Positions 1-7,530 of a stretch of DNA of 20,041 bases are shown piece by piece. The stretch spans positions 1-20,041 of the forward strand of contig CBDCEW010000028.1 of NCBI GenBank assembly GCA_965215885.1, written 5' to 3'. The notes below the pieces were generated by a model. That model worked only from the letters and a program-made list of their open reading frames with translations, ran no database searches and was not told the origin of the DNA. Both the position numbers and the translations under genes were made by a program. Numbering within the stretch: the first letter of the stretch is position 1; every line of letters starts with the position of its first letter. This DNA comes from Candidatus Moanibacter sp. (lineage in GTDB: Bacteria > Verrucomicrobiota > Verrucomicrobiia > Opitutales > UBA2987).

Positions 1-692
1 TTGCTCTTTCGCAATCGACGAAAAGCCCAAAATAGAATAAGGCCGATTATCAGGCTACCGCTGGCAAATGCTACTACCGCTTGAAGGCCGATATTCTTGT
101 CCAGTTCTTCAAACTCCGCCACTACACTGCTGCCGTCGATCAGATATTGTGCAACTCCAAGTACCTCACCCGTAACATTTATATGCAAGGGCAAGATCAC
201 CTCCAACAGTGGAATACCCTCTTCCTGCTCCCTCCCTGCCGTCTCTACAAAGTAGTCCCCCAATCTTCCCCTAAATCGAAAGTGACTCACCGGACGCAGC
301 TTTCGTATCTCTTCCATATCCTCTTTCGCCAACTCCCCTTTTAGAAATTCCGCGGGAACCGCACCGCTAAACCGGCCTTCGATATCGAACAACCTAACAG
401 CAAACACACCCTTGAGTTCGGATGTGCTCAAGACGACGTCCAGAAGATCGGCCGTATCCCCAATGTAGGGATCGGCAAGGGGATCCAGAAGAACGTCTTC
501 TTCACTTTGAGAGAGATACATCAACGCCACGGGATAGAGCACTTCAGCATCTCGAGAGATAATTTGCTCTCGCACTTCCTCGCGGAGCTTCAAACTAACC
601 AATCCTATGATTCCACCGAATATCACGAGAATAAGAGGAATCACGGTGAGGGTGACTCTCATTGACAGATTCCTGTTTTTCTCCTCGTCCAC
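1..692 (-). CDS. Membrane sensor, probable two-component histidine kinase (N-terminal part; runs off the left edge)
   Basis: Manual translation from GTG 692 (or ATG 662) is open to position 1: TM helix (VTLTVIPLILVIFGGIIGLVSL), periplasmic domain (REQIISRDAEVLYPVA...PLLEVILPL...GVAQYLIDG), second TM helix (AVVAFASGSLIIGLILFWAF) then RRLRKS. The kinase domain is not visible; the call rests on topology and the co-oriented REC-AAA+ regulator. Confidence 0.75.
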   Translation of the reverse strand, partial: MDEEKNRNLSMRVTLTVIPLILVIFGGIIGLVSLKLREEVREQIISRDAEVLYPVALMYLSQSEEDVLLDPLADPYIGDTADLLDVVLSTSELKGVFAVRLFDIEGRFSGAVPAEFLKGELAKEDMEEIRKLRPVSHFRFRGRLGDYFVETAGREQEEGIPLLEVILPLHINVTGEVLGVAQYLIDGSSVVAEFEELDKNIGLQAVVAFASGSLIIGLILFWAFRRLRKS

Positions 693-725
693 ATTCTCTT
701 TCTTTTCCCAATTCTTTGCCGTTCG

Positions 726-829
726 TTAAGAATCTGTCGGACTTAGCTTTCTAAACATCTCTGAGGTACAGATTCTCTGGTGAGAGATGGAGATTCCGAG
801 GAAGATGAGACCGACACATTCCTTTCTAG
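726..829. repeat. Family-B MITE-like module (100-bp period, TTAA...CTAG ends)
   Basis: Terminal IRs GAATCTGTCGG...CCGACACATTC; ungapped 76/104 identity (hand count) to the reverse complement of 12716-12819. Confidence 0.8.
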
Positions 830-841
830 TCCCGCTGCGCG
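826..841. repeat. Left half of family-A REP-like element, split by IS4
   Basis: CTAGTCCCGCTG resembles CTAGTCCCGCTCAGCGG at 12635; the other half is at 2450-2473. Confidence 0.7.
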
Positions 842-2449
842 CATTTGCGTTAACCTAAGGAGAAGAAACAAGAGAGGAAATCAAGTCGAGAACGCTTTTC
901 ATAGGTGCAGTGTTTGGGGATTTGTTTGAGCCATCGGGGGATGATCTGATCTTTGGGAATGTGAGAGAGGATGAAGAAGTAGGGAGCAAAGAAGCCAAAC
1001 CAGTAGGAGAATTTAAGGATACTCAGAGGAGAGGACAAACTGGTATTCGAATAGTGTCTAAGGGGACCATAGACGAAGTTGAGTAAGTGGGTAATGAGGA
1101 TGAGACGGGCGTAGATAAGAAGCTCAACCTGGTAGGGAGTAGTCTCTTTGACCTGACCGAGATTAAGATGTTGCTTAAAGGCCTCAAAGAGAACTTCGAT
1201 GCGCCAGCGAAGCCCGTAAAAGCTCAGAATCTGCTTAGGGCTAAAGTCTTTCTGATGGAGGTTTGTAATAAAGATTTGGAAACCGAGAAGGAAGCTGGTG
1301 CGGCTGGTATATCGAAGTCTATTGTCGCGGTTTTGTCTATGCTCGCGGCGGCGTTTATGGGCCACCTTCTGAGGGAGTTTGACGGCGATCAGACGAACCG
1401 GAAGCTTGGCTTTTTTACCCACCCGAACGGGCATATCGAGAAGCTTTTGGCCACGTAAAAGTTTGCGTAGATCGAGCTCTTCATCGCCTTCGTTGGCTAA
1501 AAGGCAAGTGCCGGTTTTCAAACGACTCACAAAGAAGCAGCCGCGCTGATCGAGTTGCTTAAAGACATCGAGGACAAAATAGCCTAAGTCGCGCAGGATC
1601 AAGTCGTTGGGTTGAGCGAGAGCGAGAATGTCTTTGGAAGCAGCCTGATCGTTTTTTCGGAAGCTACTGAGGCTGAAGTCAACGAAGGATTCATTGCGCA
1701 GATCGTAATAGGCCTGAATCTTCAGTTGAGCCTGTTTGGAGCCTGTCTGATTGGACGCTCCGGGGAAGAAGGGGGCCAGGACCTTAGGCAAGCCAATCGA
1801 AGTGCTGTCGGCAATGAGAACCCGTTCAAAGCTCCTCATGCAATTTGGAACAGCTCTGCCCACAGGCCCATAAGCTTTAAGTTCTAAAAGCCTCAGGAGC
1901 ACTAAGGTCATAAAAGCGGTGGCTTTTTTGGCGCACTTTTGGACCGCTTGTCTGGGAATGGTGCGGTTGGCTAAGAATCCAATAAGCTCGGCTTCTTTGC
2001 CAAGGGACAAGGCCCCCTTAGAAGCCATCGCCAGCAAAGCCAAAACAAAGTTCAGAGGGGAGATCTTGCGCGATTTCCTCTCTCTAAAACCACTCTGTTT
2101 AGCGAGGGCTGTGAGGTTCAACTTACGGAAGGTTTGACGGATACAATCAGCTTTTTTTATACTTTGCATCCGAAGGATAAATCCTATATATGAACGGATG
2201 TACAGTATAAAATGCTGCCAAAGTGAAAAAAAATGGGGTAGACGGTAAAAGTAGAGAAGATAACCCGGCCAAAATGCACTCGCTCAACTGCGAATTTCCT
2301 CACCGCTGTGGTCGAAACGAAGCAAATAGAAAAGGGCGAACAAATGGAGTGGAACCTCGAGGATAGAGACACCCTCATACTCCGCCGCAAAATACCTCGC
2401 AAGTCTTTGAATCTGACTAAGTTGCGAAAATAAGGTTTACGCGCGTATG
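842..2449 (-). mobile_element. IS4-family insertion sequence (about 1.6 kb)
   Basis: Imperfect terminal IRs CATTTGCGTTAACCT (842) and CATACGCGCGTAAACCT (reverse complement, ending 2449); transposase stop lies inside the IR; imperfect 9-bp flanks CGCTGCGCG (833-841) and CGCTCAGCG (2450-2458). Confidence 0.8.
850..2169 (-). CDS. IS4-family DDE transposase
   Basis: 439 aa; DDE motifs IADSTSI and LRDLGYF, and YREK signature YGLRWRIEVLFEAFK. Confidence 0.93.
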   Translation of the reverse strand: MQSIKKADCIRQTFRKLNLTALAKQSGFRERKSRKISPLNFVLALLAMASKGALSLGKEAELIGFLANRTIPRQAVQKCAKKATAFMTLVLLRLLELKAYGPVGRAVPNCMRSFERVLIADSTSIGLPKVLAPFFPGASNQTGSKQAQLKIQAYYDLRNESFVDFSLSSFRKNDQAASKDILALAQPNDLILRDLGYFVLDVFKQLDQRGCFFVSRLKTGTCLLANEGDEELDLRKLLRGQKLLDMPVRVGKKAKLPVRLIAVKLPQKVAHKRRREHRQNRDNRLRYTSRTSFLLGFQIFITNLHQKDFSPKQILSFYGLRWRIEVLFEAFKQHLNLGQVKETTPYQVELLIYARLILITHLLNFVYGPLRHYSNTSLSSPLSILKFSYWFGFFAPYFFILSHIPKDQIIPRWLKQIPKHCTYEKRSRLDFLSCFFSLG

Positions 2450-2473
2450 CGCTCAGCGGGATGCCGGGACTAG
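2450..2473. repeat. Right half of family-A REP-like element
   Basis: CGCTCAGCGGGATGCCGGGACTAG; the terminal CTAG (2470-2473) contains the TAG stop of the barrel gene. Confidence 0.7.
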
Positions 2474-2604
2474 AAGGCTCTATCGATACCAAAGAAAACC
2501 GAGTTCTGATTGTATTCGACTTCGCGGCGATTGGAATCATTCGCTTCGTAAGCGTACTCCCCGAAGAGCTTCACTTTTTTTCCCAGTTTCTTCTCCAGCC
2601 GGAT

Positions 2605-3417
2605 CATGGTATGAAATAGGGCGATCTTAAGCACTTCGAAGCTCTTAAAGCCGTATGCTTTTCTGATAGTGAGATTTATATTGCGGTTAAAGCCCTCCAC
2701 AATGCCGCAGGAAAAGGCCTTTTTGGCCCGAAACCAGTTGAGGATGAGCGGCTCGTGTTTGCGCACCGAGCGCACGAACCTTTTGATCGGTTTGAGGCGC
2801 GAACGCATGGCGCGCGTGCACCATTTTTTCAGATACCATTGGGCCCAGTAGGGACTTTTATAATGCCACAAGAGCTGAAAGCTCTCCTTTAGTAGATAGG
2901 CCCGCACGCTCTTCAGATCGTATTGGAGCACCTCCTTGAGGCGGATCTGTTGGGTGGGGGTGAGATTTTGCGGATTTTTCAAGAAACAGTATTTGCTTTT
3001 GACCAGCACGTTGATGTAGCCGTCCCGTTGCAATCGCCTGGCTTCCGCAGCACGAATCTCATTGAGGGCCTTGTTCAGGTTGGCTACCAAGTGGAAGCGA
3101 TCGAGGATGTGCAGCGCCTGGGGTGCCTTTTTCTTGATCACTTTGAGGTAAGGCTTCCACAGATCCGAGCAGACGTAGAGGATCTGGCTGCTCTTTTGCG
3201 CTCCCAATTCCCAGAAAAAACGCAAGAGCGATTTTACGTTGCGCTTATTGAATACGCCCAATAGCCGCCGCCGCCCCTCGTCAAGCTGGTAGACCACGGT
3301 GAGATAGTGATGGCCTCGATGATACTGCACCTCATCGACTCCGATCGCCTCAATCCCGCTCATATCGCGCCGTTTGAGCCCCCAACGCACCATCGCCTCG
3401 ACCGACTCGAAGACGTT
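2605..3417 (-). mobile_element. Internal fragment of an ISL3-family transposase (no ends)
   Basis: Motifs AIGVDE, CSDLWKPY, HILDRFHLV, GIVEGFNRNI, RKAYGFKS. Zinc-finger N-terminus, extreme C-terminus and IRs are absent. Junctions approximate. Confidence 0.85.
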
Positions 3418-4251
3418 GGCGTTCCAGCACATCAGGTTCTTCAAAATCGACCGTCTGCAGAACGTAATCGTAATAGCTCAGTCGCACCTCACCAATCAAT
3501 TTCCAGCCTTTTTTCTCATAGGTAAGCTTCTCGCTGGCGCTGTAGCGGGAGAAATCATAATATCATAATACCGGAGGCGTTATCGCGGTTCAATTTAAAG
3601 CCTAATCTCGTAGCGGTTCGAAGGTTATTGTCCCTGCCCCAGCTCTTCTTCCAGTTAACTCGAAAATCATGCCAGCTCCACTCGAGCCTGGACTCGTCGA
3701 TAGAAAAGCCCTCGGCATCGCGTTGGTTTCTTGTATCATAAACTCTCCTCCCAGCCGCGTAACTGAATTCCAGTTTCGATTTCCGCGGATATTTGATGCC
3801 AAACAATAGCTTTGCCGCAGGCTCCGTATAGTCGTCCCTGGAAGTCATAAAAAAACTCCTTTTCGCCCCGACTTCCAACTGCCCGTAGCGACCACCTCCC
3901 AGATCCCGCTTGAAAAAGGGTCGAACTTCAAACTGATGGAGTCTGAGAATGGTCGCTTCAGACTGAACTTCGGTCGCCGAAATATCAAACACCTCATTCG
4001 AGTAGATATACTGGGCGGTTGTTCCGATCTCCCACTTCGCTGATAGCGGCTTGCTAATCCGTGTTTGAAATACAGCTAAACCCTCCGTGTCGATCTCATC
4101 AGCATCGCTGTAAAAGGTAAATTCGCCCAGAAGATAAAAATACACATCGGCCTTCCCTTCTTCCCGGGGTCTCCAAATAAAGACCTCCAGCCCAGCGCCG
4201 AAATAGAAACTCTCATCCTCCTGAAAAGCTCCTTGAAGAACGTTATCGTTA

Positions 4252-4590
4252 CGGTAATCTGGCTCAATGCCCGCTCCAGAAGCTCCCGGCGAGTGGGAGG
4301 CAGTGAATCCATCGACAGGCCCTCTTCAAGATGGCTCAGTTCCCCCGTTAGTGAGTCGGCCGCCTTGCGGCCCCGCTTGAGCAACCGTCGGTAGTGTTTC
4401 TTCAGCTTGCCCTTCGACTTCGGTTTGCCCGCGGCCAGACAAATCTGAAACTCCAGCTTGTCCATTTCCTCCAGCCAACGCCCAACCCATCCCTTGCGAA
4501 AATCCTCCAGCCCGAAGACATGCAACTTCTGACCCAAACGATTGGCCCGCATCAAAAGACCGCTCAGAATCTTCCCATCGGTGGGCCAGC
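4252..4590 (-). mobile_element. Internal transposase fragment (IS5-like/ISNCY type, WPTD motif)
   Basis: WPTDGKILSGLL...KGKLKKHYRRLLKRGRKA resembles the region after the first catalytic Asp of IS5-like/ISNCY transposases; it interrupts the barrel reading frame; no IRs. Confidence 0.6.
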
Positions 4591-4942
4591 ATCCCCCTAG
4601 AAGCTGGACGTTCACTTCTCTCTCCCACACCGGTCTTTTGGATTCGAGATCCGCACCGTCGATCAGGGCATCCAATTCCGCGTCGCTGAGAGCGCCTGCA
4701 TCAAACCCCTTCGCGAGATCGTCTGGAACCCCCCTTCCGTGGAAGACTCCTCCATTTCAACCAGGGTTGTGGAGGAATCCGCTGGAAAGGAGATAGTTAC
4801 CTCTTCTGTCTCATTTGCAACACTCGGATCCCTACCGGAAGTGGTCGCCGCAACGAGCAGTAATACACAGACTATCTGGCAGGATCGATTAGACAATAAA
4901 CTCAAGCGATTGTGCAGTTGCGGTAGGAGATGCCCTCCAACC

Positions 4943-4981
4943 CAAGGAATCTGCCTGACCCTAAGTCCGGCAGATTCCTAT
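4943..4981. repeat. Minimal family-B hairpin
   Basis: AGGAATCTGCC-TGACCCTAAGTCC-GGCAGATTCCT; the arms match the family-B IR. Confidence 0.7.
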
Positions 4982-5050
4982 TCCGTCAGTAACTCTATCT
5001 TCCTTCTAAACCGCATGTATAGAAGTTTGTTTCACGGGAAACGTCGGGTA

Positions 5051-5087
5051 CAAACAAACAGGCAATTCGCGTTACGCGGATTGCCTG
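5051..5087 (-). terminator. Rho-independent terminator after the exported helical protein gene
   Basis: Minus strand CAGGCAATCCGCG-TAA-CGCGAATTGCCTG followed by TTTGTTTG; a second hairpin (AGCCGGG...CCCGGCT, about 5092-5115) precedes it. Confidence 0.65.
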
Positions 5088-5132
5088 CCTGAGCCGGGAA
5101 ACCCCCTACCCGGCTTGTAAGACCGATCCGGA

Positions 5133-5753
5133 TTAAGTATCTCCTTCGTCTGAACGTCGATCTCCGTCGATGTTATCCCGGATATCTCGATGGATCTGCC
5201 GGCGAAGCTCTTTTTGCTCCTCGACCCGCTGACGATGTTCTTCGCGAAAATCGCTTATGGCCGTTTCTCTCTCGTCTGCGGGAAGTTCCTGTATCGATTC
5301 CAGGAAATCATGTCGCTCCTGCCTTAATGCGTCGCGTTCGGTGCGAAAATCGGTGATCCGGTCCCGAACCACACCATCGTGCGGGCGGGGTCGTGGCCGA
5401 TGAGGACGGTCTCGGCGAATATCACGAAGATCAGCATGAATCATCCGTGCAAGATCTCGCTGCGCATCGATGCGGTCCGAGTTTTCCTCACGAAAAGCTC
5501 CGGTTTCATCGTGGATTTCTTCATTGGTCGGGTCGTCCAAATCCGCCAGCCTCTCGCGCAGTTCGCTCCTCAAGGCATGCCTTTCAGTGCGGTAATCTTC
5601 GATTTTGTCACGCAAGTCGGGAGGAAGGACATCAGGCCGATCCACTTGTGGGCGGTCCGGACTATCGGAGCCATCATTCTGACCCCAGGCTCTCTCCCCG
5701 AAATAAAAGACAGCGAACAAAATTAAGAAACTCAGTGTAATTGATCTCTTCAT
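5133..5753 (-). CDS. Exported helical protein with two ~65-aa repeats (ZraP/Spy/CpxP-like by architecture)
   Basis: 206 aa; Sec signal peptide (MKRSITLSFLILFAVFYFGERAWG), very R/D/E-rich; AAGGAG RBS; directly downstream of the sigma-54 promoter. Confidence 0.75.
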   Translation of the reverse strand: MKRSITLSFLILFAVFYFGERAWGQNDGSDSPDRPQVDRPDVLPPDLRDKIEDYRTERHALRSELRERLADLDDPTNEEIHDETGAFREENSDRIDAQRDLARMIHADLRDIRRDRPHRPRPRPHDGVVRDRITDFRTERDALRQERHDFLESIQELPADERETAISDFREEHRQRVEEQKELRRQIHRDIRDNIDGDRRSDEGDT

Positions 5754-5817
5754 GTTTATTTCTCCTTTTTTGGCTTTTTTTACTGAAAATACATCTCTCG
5801 TTTATGCCGATCTGATT

Positions 5818-5833
5818 TGCAACCTCTGTGCCA
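5818..5833 (-). promoter_or_regulatory. Sigma-54 (-24/-12) promoter
   Basis: Minus strand TGGCAC-AGAGG-TTGCA, an exact match to TGGCAC-N5-TTGCW. Confidence 0.9.
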
Positions 5834-5861
5834 ATTTTAGAGATTTTCTTAAGTTGCTTCT

Positions 5862-5874
5862 TATTAGTAAGTTA
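5862..5874 (+). promoter_or_regulatory. Possible IHF site
   Basis: TATTAG-TAAG-TTA, one mismatch to WATCAR-N4-TTR, in AT-rich DNA between the promoter and enhancer sites. Confidence 0.45.
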
Positions 5875-5918
5875 TATACAAGCTCTTCATAGTAACACTC
5901 ATTCTCTACTTTAGAGTT

Positions 5919-5977
5919 TTGGAAATATTTACCACTTCCCTCCCCAACCAACGCGGCATAATAGGAAATATTTCCCA
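5919..5977. promoter_or_regulatory. Tandem enhancer (UAS) sites for the bEBP
   Basis: Two palindromic copies of TGGNAAATATTTCCNA (minus-strand reading) at 5919-5934 and 5962-5977, 43 bp apart. Confidence 0.7.
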
Positions 5978-7375
5978 CTATTTCTCCCTCAACCGGTAGC
6001 GTATATAATCGCGCTTAACCCCCAGCAGCCGTGCAGCCGCCGACACATTGTTTCCTGACTGTTGGAGGGCGCGATGGATAATTCGGTTGATGGCACCTTC
6101 CAAATCAAATCCGCTCTCAGGAAAACGCCAGGCGCCATTCAGCCAGTCATCTGTCTGCCCAACCGGTGCCTCTTCCGATTCCCTCTTTAACGTGCGAAGA
6201 CCCGGGAATTCCAATTCTTCCCTCTCATCCAAAACGATGGCGCGCTCCAGTTCGTGTGCGAGTTCCCTTACATTACCGGGCCATGGGGCCTGTCGGAGTT
6301 GCTCTTTCCCCTTCGACGATAGCACCTTGTCTCTTATCCGGTAGCGTCGACAGAGTCCTTTCAGGACAAATTCCGCAAGTTCGATGATATCCTCGCCACG
6401 CTTTCGAAGCGGGGGAATCCGTATTCTCAGCAGATCGAGCCGATGGTAAAGATCCTCCCGGAAAGCACCTTCTTCCACAAGAGTCGCCAAATCCGCATTC
6501 GTCGCTGCCAGCAACCGCACATCGACCTCTAGCTCCTTGTTGCCTCCCACCCGACGGATTTTTCCATCTTCGATTGCCGTCAACACTTTGGCCTGGATCG
6601 CCGGGTAGAGACTCGGAATCTCATCGAGAAAGAGAGTGCCGCCGTCCGCCGCCTCAAAGAGACCGATCCGGGCGCTGCGCGCATCCGTAAAGGCACCCCG
6701 CTCATGTCCGAACAGCTCGGACTCCGCCAGACTTTCGGGAAGCGCAGAACAATTTACCTCCACCAACGCCTGCTCGGCACGCGGCCCCCGATGATGCAGC
6801 CAGCGAGCCACTGTCGTCTTGCCCGTGCCTGTCTCGCCCTCAATGAGAACGGGAGGCAAACCTTCCCTCAGCCTCTTATCCGTTTCGAGGATCCTTTCCA
6901 ATTGGCGTTGCATATCCGCCAAACTACCCCCAAAGAAGAAATTTTCCTCAGTATCGACCTCCCGCTCCTGTTGCAGTTCGAACAGCCGGGAGGTTTTCCT
7001 CGCCTGCCGGCAACGTTCAAACACGATTGGCAACTCCTCGTGCTGAAACGGCTTGTTGAGATAGTCGCCCGCTCCCAACCGCATCGCCTCCACCGCACTA
7101 TTCACGCCGCCCTCTGCCGTCATTATTACAATGCTCGTATTCGGCGAAAAGCGCTTCTCCCTCAGCAAATCCAGCCCCTCTCCATCCGGAAGGTTAATAT
7201 CGACCAGGGCAAAATCAAAGGAGAGCCCACCCAGCGCATTGCGTGCCTCTTCGACACACCCCACTGCCGTAACCTCCGCCCCCTCCCGCTCCAGATAAGC
7301 AGCCAACCGCTTCCGCAAAAGCGGCTCATCCTCAACAATCAGTATCTCGCGATTCGACAATATTGGGGACTTCAT
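5978..7375 (-). CDS. Sigma-54-dependent response regulator (NtrC/ZraR/AtoC family; REC-AAA+-HTH)
   Basis: REC (ILIVEDE, VDINLPD), Walker A GETGTGKT, ESELFGHERGAFTDA, Walker B LFLDE, WPGNVREL, Fis-type HTH. ATG 7375 preferred to the ORF-track start at 7456. Confidence 0.95.
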   Translation of the reverse strand: MKSPILSNREILIVEDEPLLRKRLAAYLEREGAEVTAVGCVEEARNALGGLSFDFALVDINLPDGEGLDLLREKRFSPNTSIVIMTAEGGVNSAVEAMRLGAGDYLNKPFQHEELPIVFERCRQARKTSRLFELQQEREVDTEENFFFGGSLADMQRQLERILETDKRLREGLPPVLIEGETGTGKTTVARWLHHRGPRAEQALVEVNCSALPESLAESELFGHERGAFTDARSARIGLFEAADGGTLFLDEIPSLYPAIQAKVLTAIEDGKIRRVGGNKELEVDVRLLAATNADLATLVEEGAFREDLYHRLDLLRIRIPPLRKRGEDIIELAEFVLKGLCRRYRIRDKVLSSKGKEQLRQAPWPGNVRELAHELERAIVLDEREELEFPGLRTLKRESEEAPVGQTDDWLNGAWRFPESGFDLEGAINRIIHRALQQSGNNVSAAARLLGVKRDYIRYRLREK

Positions 7376-7473
7376 CCTTGACTCGCTTCCTACAGTATAA
7401 AATCTCCCGGTCCCTCGTGCCTCAATCTCTATCTCCTGCAATTCCAAGAAGAGCAATTCTACTCGACTCTATC

Positions 7474-7530
7474 CTTAGTACCCCGATTCGCAAATACGGT
7501 GATCCCGCTGAGCGGTATGGGACGGCTTAG
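7474..7530. repeat. Degenerate family-A-containing element flanked by CTTAG direct repeats
   Basis: GATCCCGCTGAGCGG (7501-7515) is identical to the family-A arm; CTTAG at 7474-7478 and 7526-7530, the second overlapping the upstream gene's TAA. Confidence 0.55.

Larger units (their letters stand above)
2470..4905 (-). pseudogene. Outer-membrane beta-barrel protein, disrupted (about 425 aa when reconstructed)
   Basis: Joined pieces: signal-like N-terminus (4905), acidic linker, EVNVQLLGG|..NDNVLQGAF...VYFYLLGEFTFYS...RDNASG|YYDFSRYSASEKLTYEKKGWKLIGEVRLSYYDY...|IRLEKKLGKKVKLFGEYAYEANDSN...NSVFFGIDRAF*. Alternating beta-strand pattern and terminal Phe. Lesions at 4729-4734, 4252-4590, 3555-3570 and 2605-3417. 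Confidence 0.8.

Noticed and set aside
81..344. 87-aa plus-strand ORF and other antisense or shadow ORFs (e.g. 6704-7381, 8572-9138, 13937-14482)
   Set aside because: They overlap well-supported genes on the opposite strand and have no recognisable motifs.
664..673. GACAGATTCC match to the family-B IR
   Set aside because: Only 10 bp, within the probable start of the sensor gene; may be chance.
4076..4675. 199-aa ORF as a real gene
   Set aside because: Chimera of barrel, transposase fragment and out-of-frame barrel sequence.
4729..4734. Phase-variable G tract
   Set aside because: Six bases is short for slipped-strand switching, and other homopolymer indels in the window point to sequencing error.
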